Virus record (IMG/VR): IMGVR_UViG_3300028887_000077
Location: 64,001-128,000 of that record
Length of the DNA: 64,000 nucleotides
Source: a virus
Lineage: Duplodnaviria > Caudoviricetes
Reading direction: 5' to 3' (one strand)
Part shown: positions 18,052-27,230 of the stretch, one piece after another
Position numbering within the stretch: position 1 is the stretch's first letter
Layout of the letters: every line of letters starts with the position of its first letter
Notes under the pieces: model-generated
What the model was told of the DNA's origin: nothing
Seen by the model: the letters and a program-made list of their open reading frames with translations, nothing else
Database searches by the model: none
Made by a program: the position numbers and the translations under genes

Positions 18052-18069
18052 GTAATACTCGGCTAACGA

Positions 18070-18819
18070 TTGAGCGTGAAAAACGAAATTGCAATTCTGC
18101 TGGCGGCCGGCTTGGGCACCAGGATGAGTCCTTTGACTCAAAATATACCTAAACCGCTGGTTAAGGTATTCGGCAGGCCTATGATCGAGACAATGATCGA
18201 AGGACTAAGGTGTCGCGGCGTCAAACGGATCTACGTGGTCGTCGGCTACAAGGGAGAATGTTTTGAGTACCTAACAAAAAAGTACGACAACGTATCGACC
18301 ATCAAAAACGACGAGTATCAAACGGTCAACAACATTTCGTCGGTGCACGCGGCGATCCCGGTGATGGGCGACGCAGACTGCTTCATTTGCGAAGCCGACT
18401 TCTACGTATTTGATCCGTCTATTTTTGACGCCAACTTAACGCATTCCTGCTATTATGGTTTTATGGTCAATGGATATAGCGAAGAATGGGTTTTGGAACA
18501 AAACGAAAGCGGACGGGTAGTCCGGGTCGGAAAGTGCGGCGTCGATTGTTATAACATGTGTGGTATTTCGTGGTTCAAGCGAGACGACACAAAGAAACTG
18601 GCGGACGCGATCATGCGCTCTTACGAGCATACCGGCACCTACGAAAACCTGTTCTGGGACGAGGTCGTTAACAAGGAACTTGACAATATCGACATGACGG
18701 TTTACCCGGTGAAGAGGGAGCAGATCGTCGAGATCGATTCGGTCAAGGAACTGGAAAAAATAGATCCAAATTATATGGAGGAAAATTATTATGCAGAGTC
18801 TGTATCACATTTCATTTGA
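18070..18819 (+). CDS. LicC-like phosphocholine cytidylyltransferase (NTP transferase)
   Basis: AILLAAGLGTRMSPLT..PKPLVKV, VVGYK, NNISS, ICEAD, GISW, FWDE, EIDS. Confidence 0.85.
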   Translation: MSVKNEIAILLAAGLGTRMSPLTQNIPKPLVKVFGRPMIETMIEGLRCRGVKRIYVVVGYKGECFEYLTKKYDNVSTIKNDEYQTVNNISSVHAAIPVMGDADCFICEADFYVFDPSIFDANLTHSCYYGFMVNGYSEEWVLEQNESGRVVRVGKCGVDCYNMCGISWFKRDDTKKLADAIMRSYEHTGTYENLFWDEVVNKELDNIDMTVYPVKREQIVEIDSVKELEKIDPNYMEENYYAESVSHFI

Positions 18820-19228
18820 CGTTGAAACGTCTCTCGAAGACAACGACGAGATCCGTGCGCTTGTATGGACGCTTCTGAAGATCGGCAAGCAGGCTTGCAG
18901 AGAAAATCCTATGACCGTACCGGCGCTGAAAGAGATTGACGTTGAGTCCGAGTTCTGTGGCGAGCCTTATCAACCTTTCCGGCTCTTTCTGCTGCCCTCT
19001 AATAACTCCGCTGTTAAGGAAGACACGGTTCCGGCCTGCTGTTCCGCGCGCTTTCGCGAACTGTATGCCTCGATCAGCGACTATATCGCACAGGGTAAGA
19101 TCATCGCGGTATTCTACGTGCCGGAGGGTACAAAACTACTTGACGGTGAGTGCGTTTACAGCTACTCGGCTCGGTCCGGCGTATATAAGGATTATGGTTT
19201 CTTCAGGAAACATCCGGAGCTGGAATAA
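18791..19228 (+). CDS. hypothetical protein (paralog of 35681..36163)
   Basis: YQPFRLF..FFRKHPEL vs YRPFRLY..FFEEHPKL. Confidence 0.8.
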   Translation: MQSLYHISFDVETSLEDNDEIRALVWTLLKIGKQACRENPMTVPALKEIDVESEFCGEPYQPFRLFLLPSNNSAVKEDTVPACCSARFRELYASISDYIAQGKIIAVFYVPEGTKLLDGECVYSYSARSGVYKDYGFFRKHPELE

Positions 19229-19229
19229 G

Positions 19230-19466
19230 ATGCCTGAGTATTTCTGTTTTGCCGACGCCAACGGTAATCCGGTTAAAGTGCCTCTTTATGAAGAGCCAAA
19301 ACCTCTTTCAGAAGAAGAAAAGAAAGAGCTTTCCAACGCGATTCATAAGGCGGCTCAACTGTTGGAATGTAAGCTTTTAGGCTGCCGTGATCGTCGCTAC
19401 ACAAAAGAAAAACTCGAAGAGTTTGTAAGGTTCGTTTTAAGCCCGCCCGAGTTCAAACCAGAATAA
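19230..19466 (+). CDS. hypothetical protein
   Basis: ATG just after upstream stop. Confidence 0.65.
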   Translation: MPEYFCFADANGNPVKVPLYEEPKPLSEEEKKELSNAIHKAAQLLECKLLGCRDRRYTKEKLEEFVRFVLSPPEFKPE

Positions 19467-19545
19467 AAGGAGATTATCATGTCGAAGAAATACAACATTT
19501 CGTTTGTTCTTGAAACGGGCGATGATGCAAAAAGAAGCACGCATT

Positions 19546-19812
19546 ATGGCACATCCCATTAACGTTACCTTCCAATGTCGCCCGGGTGACACCGTACACG
19601 TTATCGACTCATACATTGTTGACGGTCATATCAAACACATCATCTTTCAAGACACAGTAGAGTGTGCCTGCATCAGCATCACAGATCCCAACGTTTATTA
19701 TGACACCATCAACTGTTCGGGCCTGACCTGGATGCAATCCATCTTCCCCGACCGTTCCCTCGCCATCGAGTACGCCACCCTCAATAAACTCGACTTTCAA
19801 GAAGCAGGTTAA
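19546..19812 (+). CDS. hypothetical protein (LPCxxGDxVY-type family)
   Basis: FQCRPGDTVHVI..IFPDRSLA. Confidence 0.65.
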   Translation: MAHPINVTFQCRPGDTVHVIDSYIVDGHIKHIIFQDTVECACISITDPNVYYDTINCSGLTWMQSIFPDRSLAIEYATLNKLDFQEAG

Positions 19813-19829
19813 CCTCTGCTTCTTTTTTT
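19800..19829 (+). terminator. intrinsic terminator
   Basis: AGAAGCAG/CTGCTTCT stem followed by T run. Confidence 0.8.
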
Positions 19830-19890
19830 ACCCTTTTATACCCTATTTTAATCCCTTTATATTGTACTCTAGTATTTATATCTTTTACTC

Positions 19891-20228
19891 TATATAGATA
19901 AGTATAGGTATATATATTTATATATTATTATTATATTATATTTATATATATTATATATATTATATATATATATATATATTATTATATATAGAATAGAGAA
20001 TAGTAAAGAGATAAGAGTATAAGGGTAATATATAAGAGAGTATATATAGAGGGTATATTAATGAGTAAAGATATATGGGTATATATTGGTAGATAAGTGA
20101 GTGAATATATAAGTGTGTGGGAATATATATGTGAGAATATATATGTGAGTAGATAGAATAGTAGATGTGAGTATAAATATGGGTAAGTAAATGTGTGGGT
20201 ATAAATGTGTGTGTGTGGAATATATATA
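19891..20228. repeat. 338-nt cytosine-free low-complexity tract with (TA)n core
   Basis: no C on + strand 19891..20228; only A/T 19909..19990. Confidence 0.9.
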
Positions 20229-20510
20229 CTTCTTTTCCCACATAAGAAAAGAAAAATAATAAATCTCACACACACCATTATTAATCTATCAACTTACTCG
20301 TTTAATAAAAGGACAAAACGCGTATGTGCGAGCACACACACGTACCCACACACCCGCACACGGTAATAATAATGAAGCATCCCCACATTACATCACACAA
20401 CTCAAACCGCAACGCTTTTTAATTGCGTTTGGCAAATGCAACTGTTTTTCGTTGCTTTTTAAATTTAAAACTTCTGATCCGGCTCAAAATTAAAAAATTT
20501 CACAAACTAC

Positions 20511-20539
20511 TTGACAACTTTCTCTCCATATGCTATAAT
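20511..20539 (+). promoter_or_regulatory. sigmaA promoter
   Basis: TTGACA-17-TATAAT with TG. Confidence 0.9.
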
Positions 20540-20573
20540 ATCTTCAACAAGGATCAGGAGGATACTTATACTT

Positions 20574-20828
20574 ATGATTATGAACATGAACAACAAAATG
20601 CTTTCGATTGCGATTGTGATCCTGGGGACGTTGGCCATGTTGGCCGTGTGGATACTTGTGGCTGTGCTTTTTGTCGTCCCGCAATATAAGATCGCACGCG
20701 ATGCCGGACTTGAGTCGGTGGCAGAGACTGTTAAGCTCTTAGTGTATTTTGCGTCGTTGTGCGTTGGATATGCTTGTACCAGGTTCTGCATAAATGCAAT
20801 CGACGATATTAACAAATGGGAGGACTAA
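20574..20828 (+). CDS. small two-TM membrane protein
   Basis: two hydrophobic segments; AGGAGG RBS. Confidence 0.75.
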   Translation: MIMNMNNKMLSIAIVILGTLAMLAVWILVAVLFVVPQYKIARDAGLESVAETVKLLVYFASLCVGYACTRFCINAIDDINKWED

Positions 20829-20838
20829 GGAGGATTAT

Positions 20839-21084
20839 ATGAGCAGAAGACTTCAGAATGTGTTTGTTGTGTGTGCTATGATCCTTGTGTTTGTCGCGTG
20901 GATGCTGGCGGTGTTTTTTCTAATTAAGCCATGTGCAAATCAGGTTAAAGAGGCCGGATACGAAGATGCGTGTGCTATGATCTATTTACTCACACAAATC
21001 ATTAGCTGTGTCGTCGGCGCGGTCACCGGAAGGGTCGGCTACAAGCTTCTTTCACAAATCAACGGATGGGGCAATAAAGACTAA
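20839..21084 (+). CDS. small two-TM membrane protein, paralog of upstream gene
   Basis: same topology; AGLE/AGYE and INKW/INGW motifs. Confidence 0.8.
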   Translation: MSRRLQNVFVVCAMILVFVAWMLAVFFLIKPCANQVKEAGYEDACAMIYLLTQIISCVVGAVTGRVGYKLLSQINGWGNKD

Positions 21085-21094
21085 GGAGGATTAT

Positions 21095-21442
21095 ATGAGC
21101 AAATACATTACGCTCGCAGAACTTGAAAACGTCAGCTTTTCGGGGCTTACTCCGGAAGAAAAGGAAACGGCAATCAACTGGTACTACGGCGACAAGACCG
21201 TGGTTTTGTCTACATCGGACAATACGGTGTTGACCAAGCTGAAGAAGATCGCGAAGGCGAGTCCGAGTATGATCAAGATCCGGACGTTGAACTGCCATGA
21301 GGACGGAACGCCGTATGGGATTACGGTGGAACTAGCAAAGAAGCTCGTGAAGATCGCTACCAAAGCGTCCGGAGGGCGAGAGCTGTCTCCGGAGGAGAGG
21401 GAGAAGATCGCTGCGAGGTTGAAAGCGAGCCGGGGTAAGTGA
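21095..21442 (+). CDS. conserved phage hypothetical protein
   Basis: EKETAINW..RELSPEEREKIAARLK; TAAGGAGG RBS. Confidence 0.8.
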   Translation: MSKYITLAELENVSFSGLTPEEKETAINWYYGDKTVVLSTSDNTVLTKLKKIAKASPSMIKIRTLNCHEDGTPYGITVELAKKLVKIATKASGGRELSPEEREKIAARLKASRGK

Positions 21443-21732
21443 GAAGGTCCTAGGGGTATTCTCTTATATAAAATTAAATAAATTCCCACCATAGAATCTC
21501 CGGAGAGGGGTGGGGTGGTATAACTACTACCCCCTGGGTGCATTTTACATTAAAATGGGCGCTCGAGTATTAAAACTGAATAGGGTGATCAAGTTGATCC
21601 CGGTTTTGGCATTGAGTGATCCATTAAATAATGTAGCGTGCAGCCCGGAGAGGGGTAGGGGATAGGTAAGAATACCCCTGGGAAATTTCAGAGCGAAATA
21701 GACTGTAATTTACATTGAGAAATGAGGGTAAT

Positions 21733-22044
21733 ATGAAAAAGCATAGTAGGATCTTTGAGTTCTATGATGAATGCTGTCAGGAATGCAAGTACGGGTGCGA
21801 CAACAACGTGTGCCACGGAAACTCGAGTGCATGTGGGGAGTGTGCGAATGGCCGGTACGATGAGAGCCAGTGTTTGAATCCGAACGAGTACTGCTGCGCA
21901 TGCTGCGATCCGGTAACCGACGAGGAGATCGAGAAGGGCCAGTGCAAGTACTTCGTGGACAAACACATCAAATACGACGAGGAGGATGATGAGGATGAAT
22001 ACGAATTCGACCCCAGAGACGCAGACTGCGAAAGACAAGGATGA
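21733..22044 (+). CDS. Cys-rich acidic protein
   Basis: many Cys, acidic tail. Confidence 0.65.
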   Translation: MKKHSRIFEFYDECCQECKYGCDNNVCHGNSSACGECANGRYDESQCLNPNEYCCACCDPVTDEEIEKGQCKYFVDKHIKYDEEDDEDEYEFDPRDADCERQG

Positions 22045-22045
22045 C

Positions 22046-22429
22046 ATGTGTATCTTTGGAAACTATGGCGAAGACGACAAATATAACCTATTTACATTGC
22101 CAGTGGGGCATGTGGTTTACGTCATCGACAAAGAGGACGGCAACTGGACCTGGTTCGAAGAGCACATCATTATGACCGAAGTCCAAATGGACGCGGTTTA
22201 CAGCAAGATGACCATTTATACCCAAGAGGGCAATAAGTATACGTGGGAGGTCGACGCGTTCATGACCGTACAGGGCGCAATGGCAGCGGTAGAGGAGCGC
22301 GAGGCCTTCGACATGCAGCAGCGTGATATCAAACACATGAACAAGCTAATCGACGAAAAGGACCGTGAAATCAATTTGCTCAATTTTCAGATTGACCTCA
22401 ATAAACCAAAGAGATATCCAGATGATTAA
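22046..22429 (+). CDS. hypothetical protein
   Basis: LPVGHVVYVI..WEVDAFMT. Confidence 0.65.
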   Translation: MCIFGNYGEDDKYNLFTLPVGHVVYVIDKEDGNWTWFEEHIIMTEVQMDAVYSKMTIYTQEGNKYTWEVDAFMTVQGAMAAVEEREAFDMQQRDIKHMNKLIDEKDREINLLNFQIDLNKPKRYPDD

Positions 22430-22439
22430 GGATGAACAC

Positions 22440-22688
22440 ATGAACAAATCAAAACGCATTTCATTTCCAGTCGAACCCGGCGACACGATCTGGACCCTGG
22501 AGAATCCCCCCGGAAAGCGCACCGTCGTTCCCAAGATGGTCAAAGTGACCTTCGTAATGGCAACGGCCGAAGGGAAATACCTTGGTGTTGACACAGGTGC
22601 CATTCTACGCTCTGACGACCTCTGGTTCTATACGGAGGAAGAAGCGAAGATCAGCAGCAAACAGATCAACTGTATGATCGAACCCTGA
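22440..22688 (+). CDS. hypothetical protein (LPCxxGDxVY-type family)
   Basis: FPVEPGDTIW..FYTEEEA. Confidence 0.65.
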   Translation: MNKSKRISFPVEPGDTIWTLENPPGKRTVVPKMVKVTFVMATAEGKYLGVDTGAILRSDDLWFYTEEEAKISSKQINCMIEP

Positions 22689-22694
22689 TTCCCA

Positions 22695-22723
22695 CCCCGG
22701 TACTAACTGTGCCGGGGATTTTT
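22695..22723 (+). terminator. intrinsic terminator
   Basis: CCCCGGTAC/GTGCCGGGG stem then ATTTTT. Confidence 0.7.
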
Positions 22724-22784
22724 AATGCCCTATCCGTGTAGGGAAAAAATATCCCCCGAAAAATAAAAAAAATCCCCAAAACTC

Positions 22785-22813
22785 TTGACAAATCAAGAAT
22801 AATGCGGTATAAT
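22785..22813 (+). promoter_or_regulatory. sigmaA promoter
   Basis: TTGACA-17-TATAAT. Confidence 0.9.
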
Positions 22814-22849
22814 TGTTATACTAAAAGAAAAGAAAAGAAAAGAAGGGAG

Positions 22850-23200
22850 ATGGCTCAAAAAATGACCAGAAAAGAGATCCTTGCACTCCCAGTGCGTAAA
22901 ATGACCGTGGAAGAGTCGAACCGTCCTATCACCGGCGTCTGCGGTTTGTGGCTGGTGCCCACACGCAAAAAGCACGCAAGTGGCTGGATGTGCATGCGGG
23001 TTATTGTGACCTTTAAGGACGGACGCGATCCGGTGACCGTGAGCGACATTGTCGATGACATCCAGTTTACTGGTGCGCACTTCCGCCTGGACTGCGATTA
23101 CCCGTCTGGTATCGTACATATCTGGAATGGCGGACGTGCCAATACGTTTAGGGTGCGCGAGGGCTGGTGTTCCAGCATCGATCTCGAGGAGGAAAAGTGA
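22850..23200 (+). CDS. hypothetical protein
   Basis: first ORF after promoter. Confidence 0.75.
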   Translation: MAQKMTRKEILALPVRKMTVEESNRPITGVCGLWLVPTRKKHASGWMCMRVIVTFKDGRDPVTVSDIVDDIQFTGAHFRLDCDYPSGIVHIWNGGRANTFRVREGWCSSIDLEEEK

Positions 23201-23403
23201 TGGAAAAGAATCAGGTTCGAATTTACATTGATAAAACCCTCAGCAGGTGCGACGACTGTCCGTTTGTCGATTGGGACGGAGACTTTGGTCTGTACGTCTG
23301 CCGTCGTGAAGACGCTTGGGACCCGGATGGGCCTGTTAAGATCGATCAGGCGAACTTCGTCATTCCACACAATTGTCCGTTCAGGAAGGAGAATAAACAA
23401 TGA
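23200..23403 (+). CDS. small Cys-containing protein
   Basis: GGAGG RBS; CDDCPF..IPHNCPF. Confidence 0.7.
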   Translation: MEKNQVRIYIDKTLSRCDDCPFVDWDGDFGLYVCRREDAWDPDGPVKIDQANFVIPHNCPFRKENKQ

Positions 23404-23750
23404 TTCCGAGAGAGGTAAATGTTCCCGAGTCCCGGATATTCAGACTCGTCGACGATGCCATCCAAAAGGCGCTTGACGGTTGGTTTGTTTTTATCGGCTT
23501 TGCGGCCAACGATGTTAGCGACGAGGCTCTCGACTCATTTACACAAAAGTTTTGTGACATCGTCGTTTCTCACACAGACCACGATACCGCCCTCAAGCTG
23601 GAGGTTGCCGTAGAGCCGCCCGTTTTTTCCATTGGCAGGCGTTTATTCCTTACCCGGAGAGAGACCTGCGATCTGTCTTATCGCGCTGGCGAGTCACCTT
23701 ATCGCATTGTTGGTGTGGGCAAGGACGGACTGGAATATGAGCGAGTATAA
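23400..23750 (+). CDS. hypothetical protein
   Basis: AAGGAG RBS, ATGA overlap. Confidence 0.7.
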   Translation: MIPREVNVPESRIFRLVDDAIQKALDGWFVFIGFAANDVSDEALDSFTQKFCDIVVSHTDHDTALKLEVAVEPPVFSIGRRLFLTRRETCDLSYRAGESPYRIVGVGKDGLEYERV

Positions 23751-24036
23751 GCCTATCGGCTATGCGCTGGCGCTTTACGCCCCCAACACGCCTACGAAGT
23801 ATTTGCGGCTGCTCAGCGCCGGGAGGTTTGAGTGGGTAGAGCATATCATGACAAACGTGACCGTTCCGCCCGTCACACTCTTCAGATCCTACATATCCGC
23901 CCTCTCATACGCCGACAAGCACTTCCCCATCCTTTCGTCGTATATGGACGTGGAGCCGGTTTATGAGTTTATCGGCCGCGGCTGCTTGAAATCCTATATC
24001 CCCGACTATCACTTCTACGAGGAGGCCAATCAATGA
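23737..24036 (+). CDS. hypothetical protein
   Basis: tiles operon. Confidence 0.65.
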   Translation: MSEYKPIGYALALYAPNTPTKYLRLLSAGRFEWVEHIMTNVTVPPVTLFRSYISALSYADKHFPILSSYMDVEPVYEFIGRGCLKSYIPDYHFYEEANQ

Positions 24037-24341
24037 AAAGCAACTCCAACCATAACCATATCCCCTGTGCCATGTGGGGCATTATCTACTACGACCAGGT
24101 CACCGGTCCCTTCAATATACTCATGTATCCATTCCCCGAAGACACCGACTATATGAAGTGGCACCGGCTTGCATCTGTCCCGTTCTTTATCGATGTCTAC
24201 AACGTCCCCGGCGCACCTATGCTGTTCTCCTCCAAGGATAAGGCCGCAGCCTATATTGCCAACGAGGGCTTGGACAAATTCCAGAACACCCCTCGCCCCG
24301 TTACGGTCTACGTTTATAAGGAGGTAAAGGTAAATCAATGA
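24033..24341 (+). CDS. hypothetical protein
   Basis: GGAGG RBS, ATGA overlap. Confidence 0.7.
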   Translation: MKSNSNHNHIPCAMWGIIYYDQVTGPFNILMYPFPEDTDYMKWHRLASVPFFIDVYNVPGAPMLFSSKDKAAAYIANEGLDKFQNTPRPVTVYVYKEVKVNQ

Positions 24342-24586
24342 TCTATCCGTTCCACGTTTATCGCGCCTATACCGGGGACGATTTCTTCTGGGTCGCAGCG
24401 TCCGACGTTGTTCTCGGTTGTGTCGGCCAGGGCCGCACGGCTCGCGCAGCGATCAGGGAATTGCGTGGGAATGAGAGGGCGTGGATCAAATTCGCCAAGT
24501 CCTACAAGGACGAGATCCGCATCCCCACAGTTCCGATCGTCAGTTTGGACGACGATAGTGTCCTTCAGGCGAACCCAAAAATTTAA
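24338..24586 (+). CDS. HicB-like antitoxin domain protein
   Basis: YPF..WVAASDVVLGCVGQGRTARAAIREL..W..IP resembles the HicB N-terminal fold. Confidence 0.7.
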   Translation: MIYPFHVYRAYTGDDFFWVAASDVVLGCVGQGRTARAAIRELRGNERAWIKFAKSYKDEIRIPTVPIVSLDDDSVLQANPKI

Positions 24587-24597
24587 TAAGTAAGAGG

Positions 24598-24619
24598 GAG
24601 GGCTTCGGCCCTCTTTTTT
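24598..24619 (+). terminator. intrinsic terminator
   Basis: GAGGGC-TTCG-GCCCTC-TTTTTT. Confidence 0.9.
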
Positions 24620-25172
24620 ATGCCCTCTCCCACACACACTCGCCAGGCGCCGTCTGTTAAATGCATAATACGCATAAACATGCAAATATATTGTATGGCA
24701 TCGCAGGGTATAACGCCGCACCGTTATAAAACGCCCCTCCCTACTAAAAAAAATAGCCCCCGCTTAAAAAAATATGGCCCATTCGGATAAATATGAAATA
24801 TTCGTGAACAGATTTTTGGGTCTATTTTAAGTAGAGGACGGTGGTCCACGGTCATCCACGGTCATCCAGCGGAGTTTTACCCGGGTTTTGGGGAAATGAA
24901 AAATTCCACCGGAATTTTTAGGGTGGGTGTGTGTGGGGATGGTGGGTGGGTGTGAGTAAAAAAATGGGTGGGTTAATATAAAAAATAGTTGCCCGGTGAA
25001 TTAATGGGTGGGCTGTGCGAAATAATGGGTTGGGTGTGTGTGGTGTGGATGATTAGTCATCCATCACACAATTACCTCATTTCCTTATTCTTCCGCAGGA
25101 AATAATAAAGAAGATAAAGGCAATTATGACTGCAGCAACCATTAGAATTGCCATTTTATCGCCTCCTTTTTT

Positions 25173-25433
25173 TTATTTTGACCCCATATATAGATATATT
25201 GCAATTAAAACTGCTCCACATATAGGGCAAAACAAAACTCCGCACAGCAAATAAAACCAGAAGTCTTCTTTGCCGGCGCCCATAATTGCCCACATTCCAC
25301 CCGAACATGCGGTTGCAACCAGAGCGCTAACAATGCTTCTTTTGAGTTTGCTGCGTTTGTCCATAAGCGCATAAGCGCAAAGGAATGGAATTGCCCAAAG
25401 AAGCGATATGGCAATCAGTGGTGTTACAATCAT
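25173..25433 (-). CDS. small membrane protein
   Basis: three hydrophobic segments; GAGGTG RBS. Confidence 0.7.
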   Translation of the reverse strand: MIVTPLIAISLLWAIPFLCAYALMDKRSKLKRSIVSALVATACSGGMWAIMGAGKEDFWFYLLCGVLFCPICGAVLIAIYLYMGSK

Positions 25434-26129
25434 TCACATCACCTCCTTTCCATATCTTTCGACGATCGCCTTCATCGCGTCGGGGACGTACTGGTATTCG
25501 TCCGCAGCATAAACTCCAACGAGTCGTTTGACATACTTTTCTGCCTCCTTCGGAACGCGACCGTGCTCAAATCTCTCGGTGGGTGTTCCGAGAATATACC
25601 CGAGACGCAAAGGAGCTCCGCAAACGCCGCACGTAAAGAGATGCGGATGCTCGACAGACCTGCATACGCGGAATTGTTTGTAGGTCTTTGAGCACCTCGT
25701 GCAACAAAGTGTATACGGCTGCTCGTTCGGCTTTGTCGTCAGGACTCCGCAACGCGTTACGGTAATCCCCCAGCGTTTGCCAATCTTGTCGCCAGCACGT
25801 TTCCACTTGGCGCCGTGGTGATCTCTCGGTTCGACTGCATGAGCAACCTCGTGAATGAGCGTATCGCGTATTTCCTTTGATGATCGCGAATACATGCACC
25901 TGTTGATGCAGATTGCGCTGAGAACCTTTCCACACACCACATCGTGACGACACTGGCCGAGAATGCGATGCGCGTGATTCTCGTAAAGAGTCAGGTCGAG
26001 GTTCGCCGTGGAGTTGGGATAGATATCCTCACACACACGAAGCACCTCATCCCACATCTTCAGGGTTTTTGCATCCTTGCACTTCTTCCATGTGCGCGCG
26101 ATAAGGTTGTGCTTTTTTTGTTTTGCCAT
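25434..26129 (-). CDS. SprT-like zinc metalloprotease
   Basis: TLIHEVAH..HHGAKWK followed by CTRC/CGVC Zn ribbon. Confidence 0.9.
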   Translation of the reverse strand: MAKQKKHNLIARTWKKCKDAKTLKMWDEVLRVCEDIYPNSTANLDLTLYENHAHRILGQCRHDVVCGKVLSAICINRCMYSRSSKEIRDTLIHEVAHAVEPRDHHGAKWKRAGDKIGKRWGITVTRCGVLTTKPNEQPYTLCCTRCSKTYKQFRVCRSVEHPHLFTCGVCGAPLRLGYILGTPTERFEHGRVPKEAEKYVKRLVGVYAADEYQYVPDAMKAIVERYGKEVM

Positions 26130-26608
26130 CAACTTTCACCCCGATCTTCATCGGTGATATCGCCGATCCTCGTGATGTTCTCGATCTTGATGTCGAACGT
26201 GTCGACGGCGGTTTTGTTCCAGTAGCTCGGAGGTGTGACCGCCTTCACGCTTTCAACATCGACAATGTTTCCGTCGATCTTGTAGACAGTCTTTTGGTTC
26301 GGGATCTTCGACGTCTGTACATTCAGATACTTGACTCCACTGGAAAGAGCTTCTTTGATGTAGTGCTCGTATCCAGGGACCCATTTCCACCACGCCTTGT
26401 ACTCCTTGGGAGGATTCTCTTCGCGTCTCTTGATAACGTCGGCGATGTGCGAGTACTGGCAGCCAAGACGAACGGTCATCTGCACCTCTTTGGTGATATT
26501 GAGGTCTTTGTAGGCTGCAGCGGGCTTGACTTCCGTGGTGTAGTCAATCCGGACAAACCTCCCTGATGCGGTGGACTTGATTGCCTTTTGAACATACGTG
26601 TACTTCAT
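26129..26608 (-). CDS. hypothetical protein
   Basis: AAGGAG RBS. Confidence 0.8.
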   Translation of the reverse strand: MKYTYVQKAIKSTASGRFVRIDYTTEVKPAAAYKDLNITKEVQMTVRLGCQYSHIADVIKRREENPPKEYKAWWKWVPGYEHYIKEALSSGVKYLNVQTSKIPNQKTVYKIDGNIVDVESVKAVTPPSYWNKTAVDTFDIKIENITRIGDITDEDRGES

Positions 26609-26638
26609 GACTTTATCTCCTTTCTTGTTTTGTTTGTT

Positions 26639-27229
26639 TTACCAGCCGCCTTGACATTCGTTTGCGAAGCGAACGGTCTTGGTGTATTCCTTCTTGGTCA
26701 TATATGGCTTCTCGCCTTTGCGCTTAGCTTCTTTGACGAGCTTCTTTATGCGCAGAATGATGTCTTTGTCGAGCTCGTCGGGCGATTGCTGCCTTCTTCT
26801 TTGCGAGTGATAGAAATTTTCCCAGTAGACACCGCCAACACCACGGATGCGTCGTGAAATGATCGCATATTTGAACGCATAGTAAATGCGCTTGCGAACT
26901 GCGACAAACGCTCGTTTGATTCTGCTGATTGTGTCGAGTTTTGCGCACTTTTTGCATTCTTGATATGAAATAGAGTCCCATCCGTCGATGGTGTAGAAGT
27001 AATGCGTGCTAACGTAAAGCGTCTTAAACTCTTTGTGGCAGCTTTCGCAATTGCACTTGTACCCCATTTTGGTCTTGACCAGTTGTTCGTCGGCCGGGAT
27101 ATCGAGAGCATAAAAATCAAGCTCACCATAGTCGTTTTCGGGACCTTGCAGAATGGGAAGCTGTGCGATTTCCGCAGTGGTCATATCGGAGTAGTCGGTG
27201 CGCATTTTGCGCTTTTTGGTTTTTGCCAT
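26639..27229 (-). CDS. hypothetical protein with Zn motif
   Basis: AAGGAGGTG RBS; CESC/CKKC. Confidence 0.75.
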   Translation of the reverse strand: MAKTKKRKMRTDYSDMTTAEIAQLPILQGPENDYGELDFYALDIPADEQLVKTKMGYKCNCESCHKEFKTLYVSTHYFYTIDGWDSISYQECKKCAKLDTISRIKRAFVAVRKRIYYAFKYAIISRRIRGVGGVYWENFYHSQRRRQQSPDELDKDIILRIKKLVKEAKRKGEKPYMTKKEYTKTVRFANECQGGW

Positions 27230-27230
27230 A

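Noticed and set aside
19960-20278. Tyr/Ile/His-rich minus-strand ORFs
   Set aside because: Artefacts of the C-free low-complexity tract; no RBS.
19891-25070. CRISPR array or protelomerase site
   Set aside because: No constant repeat with regular spacers, no cas genes, and no long perfect palindrome.
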